Below, in pieces: positions 9,290 through 21,000 of a DNA stretch of 64,000 nt. Below the pieces are notes generated by a model. That model was not told where the DNA came from. It saw nothing but the letters and a program-made list of their open reading frames with translations, and searched no databases. How positions within the stretch are numbered: position 1 is the first letter of the stretch; each line of letters opens with the position of its first letter. The position numbers and the translations under genes are program-made. The stretch is from a virus. Taxonomy: Duplodnaviria > Caudoviricetes. Where the stretch lies: the IMG/VR virus record IMGVR_UViG_3300030104_006170, one strand, 5' to 3'.

Positions 9290-10045
9290 TTAGTCTTCGT
9301 CTTCCGCGTCTGGGTCTCCGAAACTTTTTTGGATATCAACAGCACTATAGTCTTCTACATCGTCTTTAGTTAAAACATATTGTTTTTTACCAGTTTTATC
9401 AAATACTTCTTCTTTGTCAGTAAAAAAATCACTTAGTGTCTTATTATAAGGACCACTATCATGTTTTCTTAAACCTAATTTTTCTTCTGGTGTTCTTGGT
9501 CTATATTCTTCTAATTTATCTTCTAGACTACTAATTTTAGTAGCGACCTCTTCCATTGAAGAGAGTTGGTTCTCTAGGTCTGAAAGTTTTGTCATTAAAT
9601 CATCTAGACTTTGTGTATTTTTAGATAATATATCTTTTTGGTCGGATAGTTCTGTATTTACCTCATCTTGTTTACTCACCAAATCAGTAACATCAAGTTC
9701 TGTAGTGTCTTCTTCAGTACCCATATCAGTATCTATATCAGTATCTAAATCCATTTCATCTTCAACAGCCACATCCTCTTCACCACCTTCATCTTCAACC
9801 GGTACTTCTTCAGTATCAACTTCTAATTCTTCATCTTCTAATTCTGGGGCTTCTTGTTCAGCCATTTCCATACCAAATTTTTTCGCTAATCTTTCGACAT
9901 GACTTCCCATACCAAGATTGCTAAGACCACCAATATTATCACCAATAGCACTAATTCTTTGTTCATTCAAATTATCACTATTGTGACTGATTTGATTAAA
10001 TCTTTTAAGTTCTTCTAGGATAGATTTTTCTACTTCTTTAGCCAT
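9290..10045 (-). CDS. Acidic coiled-coil protein, possible prohead core / internal head protein
   Basis: Very Glu/Asp-rich middle, coiled-coil segment, N-terminal ILEELKRFNQI motif shared with other ORFs here. Confidence 0.6.
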   Translation of the reverse strand: MAKEVEKSILEELKRFNQISHNSDNLNEQRISAIGDNIGGLSNLGMGSHVERLAKKFGMEMAEQEAPELEDEELEVDTEEVPVEDEGGEEDVAVEDEMDLDTDIDTDMGTEEDTTELDVTDLVSKQDEVNTELSDQKDILSKNTQSLDDLMTKLSDLENQLSSMEEVATKISSLEDKLEEYRPRTPEEKLGLRKHDSGPYNKTLSDFFTDKEEVFDKTGKKQYVLTKDDVEDYSAVDIQKSFGDPDAEDED

Positions 10046-10277
10046 TTAATAATTGTTTTACTTGTCCGGATGGAGATTCTACTTGTACTTTTCTATTAAC
10101 TCTAATACTATTTTCTACTCTTTCTATTAAACCATCTCTACTTCTAATAGTATAACAAATACCAGTATCTAAATCACAAACTTGTTGTCCTTCGGGTGTT
10201 TGTCCGTTTTCAACAATATTATCTGTTTTTTTACATAAAAAATTTCCTAATTTTTGTCTAAGTTGTTCTGTTATCAT
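10038..10277 (-). CDS. Hypothetical protein (likely start MITEQL at 10277 rather than 10325)
   Basis: ORF track 10038..10325; the TATTTAT motif at 10296-10302 lies inside the longer call, favouring the downstream ATG. Confidence 0.6.
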   Translation of the reverse strand: MITEQLRQKLGNFLCKKTDNIVENGQTPEGQQVCDLDTGICYTIRSRDGLIERVENSIRVNRKVQVESPSGQVKQLLNG

Positions 10278-10334
10278 AATATGTTTAGTATACCTATAAA
10301 TATACGTAAATTCATTAATAGTCAATATTATCTA

Positions 10335-13300
10335 TTATTGACGTGTTCTAGGTAAGAATTCAGCTGGATTTAAATAGTGTTCTACTATTTTACCTTCTTG
10401 TTTTACCCCTCTTTTTATTTCAAAATGTAGATGAGTGCTTTTAGATAATCCACTATTACCCATTATACCAATTACTTTGTTTCCTCCACCAGGACCAACT
10501 TCTCCTCTTTGTATTGAGTCGTCCACATTTACTGTTATACCTTCTCTTAAAAATGCATATCTAGTTAAATAATATGATGTTCCTTCTTCTGGTGGGTCAG
10601 TGTTTAAAATGGTTTTAATTTCAACATGATTTCCATATTTAGAACAACTTTCACTTTCTTGTAATGGCTTACAACCATCAACAACTTTAGTCACTATACC
10701 ATAAACTGAAGGATAAATTTCAATACCACCATTTTCATCATTCGCAAAATCTATATTATCCGAAGTAGGACAAATATCAACACCTAAATGTTGTTTTTCT
10801 GGGTCTTCGTTTGGTGTGACGATAAATGTACCAGCACTTAAAGTAACGTCATTCCACCTAACATTGTCAAGGTCTAATGGTGGGGTTTCGTAGGTTACCC
10901 CAGTCGCTATATAATTATTTTGATTTGGGTTTAGTTTTTTCTGACTTTCTGTCGCACTGAGTCCATCATAGTATAAATCTATAGGTATTTTTTCTAGTCT
11001 GTCCTCTGCCTTTTCATACAACTTAACATTAACTCTTTGTACTAAATCACTTATAGCTGGTAGAGTTGGTTTTGGAACTCTAACACCTTCAAAAGTTGTT
11101 TCTATACTATTTGGTCTAATTTCATGTTCAACATTAATAATTAAATAAGGTCCATTAAACATAGGTAAGTATCTTAGTTGGAAGTATTGTGTCGGTTGTA
11201 TCGTTACATTTCCAACACATGTTACTCTTGCGGTATAGGACCTACTAGCATATACATTAAATAAAGAGACTGATGCTGGTGATGTAGAATTTCCTCCACC
11301 TGAATCTGCCATACTTTGTAGTATCTTAAAACTCTCGGAGGTATTTTGAAATTGTGATTGGTCTAGTGTTATTGATTCAAAAATGTTTTGGTTAGGTATA
11401 CCAAAGTCTACATTGAATCCCATCACTTTATTTGATTGTTCTTTATTACCACACTCTTGTGTTATTAAAGGTGAGTTAGGTGAGTTATAATTAAAAGAGT
11501 CATTATTATACCCATTATTTGGTGTTTTTGCGTTTAGTTGTGATGAAGGTTTACCAACATACTGACATAGAAAAGCTGGTGCTGAGTCTATAAAATCTAC
11601 TGTTTTAAATGTCCCAAACATAGCATTTCCTTGAGCTTGTGTGTCTGTACCTTTTTTTTCTACATTAAAGAAATTTATATAAGAAGGTAACGGTATAAAA
11701 TTAAAATAGTTATTAGCTAATATAATACTTAAATAACTTGAGACACTTTGTGTTAGGGTTTTGGAATTGGTGTCCGTAAATGGTGAATCTAATTGTAGTA
11801 TGTCCCAAATATTAATTATGGCTTCATCTCCTATGTCCTGATTTGCTCTATCTAAAAATAAAAACTTTTCAAAAAGTGTCTGGTCGGTTAAATTAGTTCC
11901 AGAAACCCACCTATCGTTTATTGTTTTAAATTGATTATATAGTTCTAATTTTATTTCATCTGATTTAAGTTCTGGTCTATCATCAGTAACAACATCTATT
12001 GTAACATCATCAGTTTCTAAGTTTTGTTTTATACTTTTTTGTAATTCAGTTAATAGATTATTAATATAAATTGATTGGGTTTGTTGTGAACTAATTACGT
12101 CATTCATAAAAATATTTAAGAATGTACTAGCTGGAGTGGCCCCATTTAAACTAACGTAACTTGCATACAACTTAATAAAAGGAGCAAACAATTTAATATT
12201 ATTAGTGTTAAATTCCATCCCATCTGGGGTTATATTATTAATAGTTTGGAAAAAATTATACATGGGGTTTGACTGGTCAGCTGGGATTAACATAGCGAAT
12301 TGATTTGAGTTGTCTGGATAAAATTCACCCACTTCAAGTCTCATTGTTTGGTGTTCTATATTACCCGCTGGAAAAAATCCACCAGCTAATGGGATTGCTT
12401 GTCCATTACTGTAACTACCATATATTTCAGTTATGTTATTATAATCATCAGAATCATTATTATTGATGTCATGGATTTGATGGATTCTTTGTAGTAATGT
12501 TTCATTATTTATTACTAGGTCTAGGTTTGTTGTACTTCTGTGGATATATTCTACTTTCTTATTTAAAAACTGAAACATAGAATTATTAAATTTTAGAAGT
12601 TGTGCTTCGGCTAATATTTTACTGGTTGGGGTGACTGGACTGTTTGTTACCATATTAACCCAGGTGTTTTCAACAACAACTAATTCTTTAACTATACTCT
12701 TTAAAGAACCACCTAAATCTGTAGAACTTCCTGGTCTAGAAAAAACTAAAAATTTTTGTTCAAACTCATCCAATTGTTCTTTATTAAATACACCTCTAAG
12801 AACTTCAATTGTTTCATATATAGATTGTTCATTAAAACTCCAAGCTTCTTGTTCGTTTTTTGTATTATCAATCATTTTAAAATATTCTCCCGGTCCAGAC
12901 TGGTATGATGCTTGATGTTCAAAGTACCCATAATTGGATGCTCCCCATAAAATTCTAGTAGCTCCATTGTGTAAAGCTGGATTACCATAGGTTGGTACGT
13001 CGTATGTACTTGCATCAGTTTGGTTTAACCCACCGGATGAGGGGAATAGTATAGTATATCTATTTGCTTGAGGTGCGTTAGGTGTGTCTATTCCAAATGC
13101 TGGGTCTGTTATGTTAGATGAACTTAGGTAAACACTATAAAATTTTACATCAACACCATCAGATGATGTGTAATTAATATTACTATTAGGTTCTATAGTT
13201 AGTGCAGCGTTACCTCCTGGGTCTATCAAATTATTTAGTTGTTGTCCCACACCAATATTGGTATAACTATTATTATTACTAGCTATAAATTGTATAGCGT

Positions 13301-16300
13301 TAATTAATGCTGGATAAACACCTACTTGCATAATAGTATTAGAAACGTTACTTTCTTGACTTACGTAAGGGTATGGTCCTGATGTGGTCATACCACCATC
13401 ATTACTGGTTAAAAATGTGTAGTAGTTTGGTGCGTTTAAAGCTGTTTCATAAATACTACTTGGTCCGGTATAACCTAGAGGTGGTACAAAACCAACATTA
13501 CCCCAAATAGAATTTAGTGGGTCTACTTGTGTTTGTACTTCTGTTTTGTATCTCCACCAAACTGAACCTATTCTTAATATTAAAGAAATTGGTAAATTAT
13601 GGATAGCAGGCATTTGGTTAAACATTTGTGATATGTAGTTACCAAATTCATAGTTATCACCATCTTTATATAAAACTTTTTCTCTTAGTGTAGGTAGGGG
13701 TAATGAATTTAAAAATAGGTATGCCGCTTGTGTGTAAGGTTCTGCAATACCTACTTTATCAGCTTCTGTACCCGCAATCAAAGCATTTATAAAGTAAGGT
13801 GTGTTTAACATCGATGTTAATCTTACGGGTGGTGTTTGTGTATTTGTTCCCCCAGTAGGTGGGATTGTTGATACTGTTGGAAACCCGTGTACTTCCCCTT
13901 CAGTTATAAATTTATGTTCAGTAAAAGATTCATATGCTTGGTTTGCGGTAGTAAGGGTGTTTAAAGCATTAGAATTGTTTTTTCTTTCTATTAGTTTTTC
14001 TTGGTCTTCATCAATAAACTTAGACTTTGTATACTTTTCTCTTATTAAATAAAGGGTACTCCATGTGTCAGCCAATACATTTTTTTCATTTATATCATAC
14101 TGTACATTTTTATTTATGTCGAAAAAATCGTTACTACCTAATGTATCACCATTCGCAAAATTATTTCTAACCCAATTACCAAAAATACAAGGTGCTAAAT
14201 CATATAACCCATTACTTTTTCCTTGTTTTAAAGCTTCAGTGTTAGTTTCGAAATTTTGATTTTTAACTGTAAATCTAGATTTATTAAAATTTAAAGTATA
14301 GGTTGGTTTTATGTTATATGGGGTAATCACTCCGTACTTAGCATATATTTCAAATCTAAATGGGTCTGCCTCTTGTAGAATGTTTAGTATTTGGACGTAC
14401 CCGGAGTTTATACCGGTACCACCACCTAAGTCCATAAAAACTTGTTTTTGTGTACTATAATTTTTAATTCTCTGGTATAGATTTAATGCATCATACTTTG
14501 CTAATTCAACTATCGAGTCACCTATTAAACTATTTGTTGGTGTACCTACTTGTCCAGCATATCTAGATGATAGTCCACCATTTAAAACCACTCTTTGAGC
14601 TCTATCTAATAGTTCAAACCATATATCCAAATCTTCTAAACTAAAATATGGTGTTTCTAGTGGTGGCCAATCATACACGGTTATTGGTGTCCAGTCTTTA
14701 TCGACACTTTCATTAGCTACTGTTGGGTTAAATAAACTAAATTTATAATTAGTTGCTTTAGTATATTCTTCTACAAATTCTACTTCAGGCCATATCTTTG
14801 GATTATTAGCTAATGTTTGAGCTATTACGTCTGAAGAACCAGGATATGTTAAAACAGAATTAGTTGTAGTACAGTTACCACCTTTTTCTTGTTCTTCAAT
14901 TTTATAATATTGGGGCCACGGATATACTATTTGGTTGGTTGCGTTGGAGTCGTCTGATGAAACTGCTGCTGCTAATCTTTGTTCGTTTTGTCTTTGTGCA
15001 AAAGCATCTGTATGTACGTCATCAAGTAGTTTTAAAAAAGTATCTGCTCCCGCTAATATTATAGCAAAAACATTTCTTATTGTTGGTTTAAATCCTATCG
15101 CTTTTTGTAATCTACCATTAAGTTTTTTACTTAAGTCTTCAGCCATGGACTTTGCTTTGGTCTCAAACATTCTTTTAGTTGTAGTCCATATAAATAAAAA
15201 ACTATCTGTATCACCTTCAAACATAAACCAAGGTGCTTGTCCTGGTGGTAATTGAGTTGTTATCCCACCTATTTGTACGCTACCTTTAATTTGTGAGTTT
15301 TCAAAAATATCATACGTTGGGTCACTAAATCTAGTGGCGACAGAATATTTACCACCTTCTATGTTACTTCTTGCTTTAAAAGTTGGGTTTTGTTGTAATA
15401 ATTTAACGTATTTTTTTACTACTGCTTCTAAGGCATTTTTAGCTTCTTCTATTAACTTGTCTTGTTTTTCTTTTCTAGTTGCAGGGTCAGTTTCTGATGT
15501 AGCCGCAGACATTCCTTTTAAGGGATAGGCTTGTGTTATTATAGTTCTTCCTGTATTTGGTGTGGTTGGAGTTGGTTGTCCTGGTGTTGGTGGAAATGGT
15601 GGTTCGTTCACGGTGACATTTCTTCTACCATTAGGGGACGTATCTAAGTATTTTCCAACCCATCCTTTTTTACCAATTACAGCTTTTTTAAATTTTTCTA
15701 AAGTTTCTTCGTATTCTAATTTATGGGTTGTACTCTCTAAACTCGCTTGTCCGAAAACCTGTGCCATATCATTATCAATAGATTGTATTTTTTCTATTAA
15801 TTCAACTGTAGTATATTGGTTATTAAATATATTTTCATTAATTAGTCCTTTGGAATAATATTCTCTATATACCTCACCCAATATTTGTCTACCTTTGGTC
15901 ATCTGTATATTACCACTTTTTGGGTCTTGTCTAGTTGGGTATAGGTAAGGTGCAGTCACTGCTTCATGCATATTTATATCCCTTAACATCGCTATATGAT
16001 TACCTTTAAAATCACATGTTACCAAGTAATCACCAGATGCTGGGTCAAAACGAGATATAAATTTTTCTAATGTTAACTGATATTGTACCGCTTTCCCGTA
16101 GTAACCTTTAAGTGTTAGAAAAAATGTTGGGTATGGTAGATGAAAAAATGCGGTATAGGGTGTGTTGACTTTAGCTTGTTCAAATAAAGTTTTTCCCCTA
16201 ACATCGGTAAAGTTTATAGTTACCTGTGGTATATAAGATGCATTAATTTTAATACTTATAGAAGTTATACCAAAACCCTGAAAGTCGTTTTGGTTACTTA

Positions 16301-16661
16301 TACTGGTAGATGTTGTAACACCTTCTTTTGTTTTAGTTTTTATTTTTTGATTTACATCTGGATTAGTGAAAGCTTCTGTCCAGTCAGAGTCAAAAGAATC
16401 CTTACCTTTTGGTTTTAAAAAATTTAGTTCTCCATCTGCTATTTCTACACGAATTTCATCACCCGCTGCTGCTCCAACCAATAATTTACTCCTAGGAAAT
16501 ATCTTTGCTGTAAGATTAGCATACATCACAAAATCTTCTTGATTTACTAATCTATCTTTTATAATACCGTCGGACCCAACTATTTTATTAGGGTCAATCG
16601 ATACAACATTACCACCTATTTGTGTGGTTAATATATTACCTGAATTTAAACTATCTGCCAT
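10335..16661 (-). CDS. Giant baseplate hub protein (gp27/GpD-like ends) with C-terminal M23 peptidase
   Basis: N-terminal FGITSISIKINASYIPQVTINFTDVRG; hub-type C-terminal ARVTCVGNVTIQP.QYFQL...GPYLIINVEHEI; M23 zinc motifs HLGVD and HLHFEI near the C-terminus. Confidence 0.75.
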   Translation of the reverse strand: MADSLNSGNILTTQIGGNVVSIDPNKIVGSDGIIKDRLVNQEDFVMYANLTAKIFPRSKLLVGAAAGDEIRVEIADGELNFLKPKGKDSFDSDWTEAFTNPDVNQKIKTKTKEGVTTSTSISNQNDFQGFGITSISIKINASYIPQVTINFTDVRGKTLFEQAKVNTPYTAFFHLPYPTFFLTLKGYYGKAVQYQLTLEKFISRFDPASGDYLVTCDFKGNHIAMLRDINMHEAVTAPYLYPTRQDPKSGNIQMTKGRQILGEVYREYYSKGLINENIFNNQYTTVELIEKIQSIDNDMAQVFGQASLESTTHKLEYEETLEKFKKAVIGKKGWVGKYLDTSPNGRRNVTVNEPPFPPTPGQPTPTTPNTGRTIITQAYPLKGMSAATSETDPATRKEKQDKLIEEAKNALEAVVKKYVKLLQQNPTFKARSNIEGGKYSVATRFSDPTYDIFENSQIKGSVQIGGITTQLPPGQAPWFMFEGDTDSFLFIWTTTKRMFETKAKSMAEDLSKKLNGRLQKAIGFKPTIRNVFAIILAGADTFLKLLDDVHTDAFAQRQNEQRLAAAVSSDDSNATNQIVYPWPQYYKIEEQEKGGNCTTTNSVLTYPGSSDVIAQTLANNPKIWPEVEFVEEYTKATNYKFSLFNPTVANESVDKDWTPITVYDWPPLETPYFSLEDLDIWFELLDRAQRVVLNGGLSSRYAGQVGTPTNSLIGDSIVELAKYDALNLYQRIKNYSTQKQVFMDLGGGTGINSGYVQILNILQEADPFRFEIYAKYGVITPYNIKPTYTLNFNKSRFTVKNQNFETNTEALKQGKSNGLYDLAPCIFGNWVRNNFANGDTLGSNDFFDINKNVQYDINEKNVLADTWSTLYLIREKYTKSKFIDEDQEKLIERKNNSNALNTLTTANQAYESFTEHKFITEGEVHGFPTVSTIPPTGGTNTQTPPVRLTSMLNTPYFINALIAGTEADKVGIAEPYTQAAYLFLNSLPLPTLREKVLYKDGDNYEFGNYISQMFNQMPAIHNLPISLILRIGSVWWRYKTEVQTQVDPLNSIWGNVGFVPPLGYTGPSSIYETALNAPNYYTFLTSNDGGMTTSGPYPYVSQESNVSNTIMQVGVYPALINAIQFIASNNNSYTNIGVGQQLNNLIDPGGNAALTIEPNSNINYTSSDGVDVKFYSVYLSSSNITDPAFGIDTPNAPQANRYTILFPSSGGLNQTDASTYDVPTYGNPALHNGATRILWGASNYGYFEHQASYQSGPGEYFKMIDNTKNEQEAWSFNEQSIYETIEVLRGVFNKEQLDEFEQKFLVFSRPGSSTDLGGSLKSIVKELVVVENTWVNMVTNSPVTPTSKILAEAQLLKFNNSMFQFLNKKVEYIHRSTTNLDLVINNETLLQRIHQIHDINNNDSDDYNNITEIYGSYSNGQAIPLAGGFFPAGNIEHQTMRLEVGEFYPDNSNQFAMLIPADQSNPMYNFFQTINNITPDGMEFNTNNIKLFAPFIKLYASYVSLNGATPASTFLNIFMNDVISSQQTQSIYINNLLTELQKSIKQNLETDDVTIDVVTDDRPELKSDEIKLELYNQFKTINDRWVSGTNLTDQTLFEKFLFLDRANQDIGDEAIINIWDILQLDSPFTDTNSKTLTQSVSSYLSIILANNYFNFIPLPSYINFFNVEKKGTDTQAQGNAMFGTFKTVDFIDSAPAFLCQYVGKPSSQLNAKTPNNGYNNDSFNYNSPNSPLITQECGNKEQSNKVMGFNVDFGIPNQNIFESITLDQSQFQNTSESFKILQSMADSGGGNSTSPASVSLFNVYASRSYTARVTCVGNVTIQPTQYFQLRYLPMFNGPYLIINVEHEIRPNSIETTFEGVRVPKPTLPAISDLVQRVNVKLYEKAEDRLEKIPIDLYYDGLSATESQKKLNPNQNNYIATGVTYETPPLDLDNVRWNDVTLSAGTFIVTPNEDPEKQHLGVDICPTSDNIDFANDENGGIEIYPSVYGIVTKVVDGCKPLQESESCSKYGNHVEIKTILNTDPPEEGTSYYLTRYAFLREGITVNVDDSIQRGEVGPGGGNKVIGIMGNSGLSKSTHLHFEIKRGVKQEGKIVEHYLNPAEFLPRTRQ

Positions 16662-16968
16662 AATAGAGGAAGTGTTGGTCTAATTTAGATTTATAGTCCT
16701 CTAGTGATTGCATTAATGGGAATGGTACTGTTATAATGGTACCGTCAGGTATGTTCCACTCTTGCCCACCATATGTTGTATTTGCTTGCATGATAAGCCA
16801 CCCATAAAATGGTGAACCATAAAATTGGTCTGATAATTTGTCTAACCTAGTTTTTCCCACTTTGTAAACTATTTTTCTATCACTGGATTTTGGTGTAAGG
16901 GTTATACTCGGGACCATTACATAATCTCCATTAATAATAAATTCGTTATATCTATTGTAGTAACTCAT
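16651..16968 (-). CDS. LysM/tail-X type baseplate protein (gp53-like)
   Basis: RLDKLSDQFYGSPFYGWLIMQAN...IPDGTIITVP LysM-like pattern; baseplate gene context. Confidence 0.75.
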   Translation of the reverse strand: MSYYNRYNEFIINGDYVMVPSITLTPKSSDRKIVYKVGKTRLDKLSDQFYGSPFYGWLIMQANTTYGGQEWNIPDGTIITVPFPLMQSLEDYKSKLDQHFLYYGR

Positions 16969-16973
16969 ATCCC

Positions 16974-18074
16974 TTAACTAATATATAGTTGATTTAGTAA
17001 TTTATAGTTGAATTTACTGTCACTAATTCCCATGTTTTTATCTCTTAAATTAACTCTAACTATATTTTCTGCGGTTGCTCCCGTATTAATTTTATATCCC
17101 ACGTTAAAATCAGAATAATATCTATTTATAACACCCTTAAATGTTTCATAACCACCATCTAAATTACTTGTAAATCTAGAAATCATTAAACTTGTATCAT
17201 AATCTATCCATTCTTTTACCGCATTATTTAATTGTGGTTTAAATACTCGTATTGTAACTGGTGTGATACCAGTAATACCTAGTGGGTCAATATTGGTTAA
17301 ATCATCATACAGTGTACTTTTTCTATAACTAAGTAACTTTTGTAATTCTGGTCTATTATCAAATGTAAAAGAAATAGCTTCATTTGTGTATATTACTGGA
17401 CTAAAGAAAATATATTCACCACCACTAGGATAATTTTTAGTGAATGCAGAATTAACATGGTTAAGTATAAAAGTATTTAAATACCCATTAGTTGTGTTAT
17501 AGTTAATTGTTATTCTGTTTAAAGCAGTAGTAGCTGTTAATTCGAATGCGATTACTCTACCACCATTTGGGTTTAGGTATTGTCCGTCAAAATAACCAAC
17601 ATCTCCGTTGGGGTTTGTAATAAAGTTAAGTTTATCCGCTGTGGTAGTTAATTTATGTTGTGAATCTCTAAGATTATTAACTAAAGTCATAACTTCTGTT
17701 ACCGTATTATTTAGTTGGGTTTCTAATGTATTATATAAAACATTTTTTACATATTGTTTTTCGGGTTCTGTAGGATTGGCTAAATTTAATTTACTTTGTA
17801 TTGTAGTAGTTTCTGCACTTATATTAGTTTTAACTGTTTCATAATAAGTGGTTATTCTACTTATTATTTTATTAGGTATACCCATTAAATTACCGTTGGA
17901 GTTTGTCCCAAAAGTGCCTGTTTTATAGTTTCTTGAAAACATAGACTCCTCAACAAGACCCATACTATGATATAGAAAAACATCGTATAACCTATTTTTT
18001 ACATCCAAAGAATACGCACTACTTTCGTCAACGAAAGCATTTAAAAGATTTTTATAATTTATTGTATAATCCAT
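16974..18074 (-). CDS. Hypothetical virion (baseplate-region) protein
   Basis: 366-aa Asn/Thr-rich ORF inside the tail operon; assignment from context only. Confidence 0.6.
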   Translation of the reverse strand: MDYTINYKNLLNAFVDESSAYSLDVKNRLYDVFLYHSMGLVEESMFSRNYKTGTFGTNSNGNLMGIPNKIISRITTYYETVKTNISAETTTIQSKLNLANPTEPEKQYVKNVLYNTLETQLNNTVTEVMTLVNNLRDSQHKLTTTADKLNFITNPNGDVGYFDGQYLNPNGGRVIAFELTATTALNRITINYNTTNGYLNTFILNHVNSAFTKNYPSGGEYIFFSPVIYTNEAISFTFDNRPELQKLLSYRKSTLYDDLTNIDPLGITGITPVTIRVFKPQLNNAVKEWIDYDTSLMISRFTSNLDGGYETFKGVINRYYSDFNVGYKINTGATAENIVRVNLRDKNMGISDSKFNYKLLNQLYIS

Positions 18075-18084
18075 TTCTTATATT

Positions 18085-21000
18085 TTATGGTCCAGTACCC
18101 CAAAAGTTTTGCCAAGCATTTCCACTCTGGTCACCATCCGTACTAGTACCTTCAGTATTATTACCTTGTGCTTCTCCTTGTGCTGCTGCTGCCTGTTGAG
18201 CTTCTAGTTCAAGTATTATTTCTTGTTCATCTGCCAATGGTTTTTGTTCGTCAGTTGTGGTTTTTATACTTCTATTATTATACATCTCAGTGTTAGCAAA
18301 GAAGTTGTTTGATAACGCGTTTTGTAATTCTGATACAGGAGCTTCTAATCCTTGTCCCCCAATATATTTAAAGTTCATAGAAACATTTGCTATCATAGGT
18401 TGTACCCCAATACCTTCTGGATTTAAATCATATATCAAAGGGTCGTAACTAAAACTTACAGAATCAATAGCTATTTTTGTGTGGTAAAAATCACCTATTC
18501 TTAAAACACATATAGGTGGGGCACCAAAAGCTGTGTTATCAACGTCTCTTTCACTATCTAGACTACCGTCCGCATTGACTGTTGGTATGGTATTTCCCGG
18601 TCTAGTGCACTGAAGTAAAAAACTTAGTCGGTTATTTAGTCCTTCTGGAGTCATCGAGTGAAATGCTGGGTGAAAGTGTTTTAATTGTCGTTTTAATGAA
18701 TTGTATATAAATTCATCGTCTTGTTTTAATGCGTTAAAATAATTTTCTTCACCAAGTAGTTTTGCTAATATTTTTGCTGTATCTAATTTTTTTTCTTTTC
18801 CCGCACCTGATTGGTTATTAGCTGTGGCTTGAACTTCGCCAGGTGGATTTTCTCCTTGGTTCTGACTTTGTCCCCAAAAATCATCAAAAGAACCAGCCAT
18901 CCCTGTATTTTGTACGTTGTTTGGTATGCCGTTATTTGCATTTGCATTATTACTGGAACCACTGTCTAGGTCTATTACACCTTCATTTGCGGGGTCAGTA
19001 GCGTCTAGGTCTATTACACCTTCTTGTCCGTTAGGGTTGTCTGGTGTGTTAACACCACTTGTATTGTTATTCATTGTACCTTGTGGGTCAGCATTATACT
19101 CATCCGTAACATCATTTTGTATACTAATAATATCATCTACTGATAGGTTGGGGAATATGGAAGCTAATTCATATATATCATATTCTTTACATCCAGCAAA
19201 AAATGCTTCTAGAGCTTGGTCTGCCACATAGTCTGGCACTCCTTTTAGTGTGTTTTCTGTTATTGTGTTTAGTATCGATGGGTGGTCAACAACTATTTTC
19301 CAGTTTAATGTACCAATTCTTTCGGTGTAATTATACGTGTATATGGGTTCTGGTCTTCCTAGGAAGTTAACTGAATTCCATTGTGCCGAATTAGTATCAC
19401 CCACTTGTAAATCGTAAGGTGGGAACCACATTATTCTACCACCTTGTGGACCTCTTTCGGATTTAGGTAATTTTAATAATTCTGATGTACCTCTCCAAGC
19501 AAGGTTTTCTATAGAAAACATGTACTTACTTACATTTTTTTCTGTTTTTTCTGTATCCACATTAACACCAAAAATAGGTGCTATATTTAAATTAAATGTA
19601 TTAGTTAATACTGAACCCGCTTTACCTAGATGATTTCCTTTATGTCTTTGTAGGTTTTCCATTTTCCAATAAGGGTCATCTTTTGTCCAGGTTCTACAAA
19701 ATTCTCTAGCCACTAAACCACCACCAATACCGAATACACCTGAAGATTCGTCTACAAATCTAACACCAGAACCTTTAGAAATTTCTTTATAACCATCAGA
19801 AAATACTTTAGATGTTTGGTCAATTGCATGTCCTGCATGTTTTCTTCTAGCTCCACCCATAAGAGGTGCTGAGTCTATAAGTTTTTGTGTTTCATCTAAT
19901 ATACCTCCTTTTCTTTTTGGTTTTTGGAAAGACCTTGTAGCTAATAAGTCATAAGGTGCGTTTGTAGATGCGAATGACTGAGTACCCATCCAGGTCCAAC
20001 CACCAGCTAAACTTCCTCCATCATTATAGGTATAACCTTGTACCCCAAACATGTAGAAAGGCCATAAAGGTTGTCCATCTACTGTTTCTAATTGTTTAGC
20101 TAATGTAGATGGGCCGTAAACTAAAGCATTTATAGGTCTACCAAACTCATCACTTGGTACTGCACCCATAGGGGACTGAACCTTTGATGGTTCGTTATTT
20201 TTAGAACCTAAGTAATAGTATGGTGTTATATTAGTTACACCATCTCTTAATTGTACTCTAGAATAATCCGGTCTGTATTTGTTAAAATCTAAAGACGTAA
20301 ATAATGATTTTTGTTGTTCTGGACCCATATAACTTATGAATCTATCACTAGGTACTGGATTAGATACTGTGTTGGTTGGTATGTTATCACCACCACTTAA
20401 TATATTTACTATAGCATTAGCGGTAGCTTGTACATTACCGAAAACACCTGTAAAACTTATTCCGTTTTTAGCTAAAAAGTTGATGTCGGGTTTAAAGATA
20501 CCTTGAAAATAGTTACCTGGTATATTAGAGTAACCATAATATAAGTTTGTTATTCTGGATAAAAAGTCTGTACCGTCCAACTCTTTTTCTCCTGGGTTGG
20601 CACTTACGTTAAACATAAATGAACCTTTATCACTTAAATCTAAGTCATTCCATCCTTGGTTATAACCTAATTGTTCTCTTAAATTACCACTAGATTTTTG
20701 TAATAACTCACTATCATTTAAAATTTTACTATTTAAAGTATTAACAATACCATTAGTTATATTAACTGTTTCTAATATTTCAGCCGACGTATACTCTGAA
20801 GAAACAAATGATTTTGGTTGGAGTGTGTTGGGTGTTACATAGTCTAACCCTCTTCTTGGTAATACTTTTTTAACATTTATAGTTTGTACATCTGTAAATC
20901 CACCTTCTGGACCATAACTATTATCTAAGAATAGACTGGTTAAGTTTGGTGGTGCTAATTCTTCTACTGTTTTTTGGTCTACTACGGGACGTTCGTATAT

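Noticed and set aside
9700-9850. Short DNA repeats (e.g. ATATCAGTATCT twice) in the acidic protein, and GGTCTTCAC twice near 26801
   Set aside because: Explained by low-complexity Asp/Glu/Thr or REDRED coding; no sign of an independent element.
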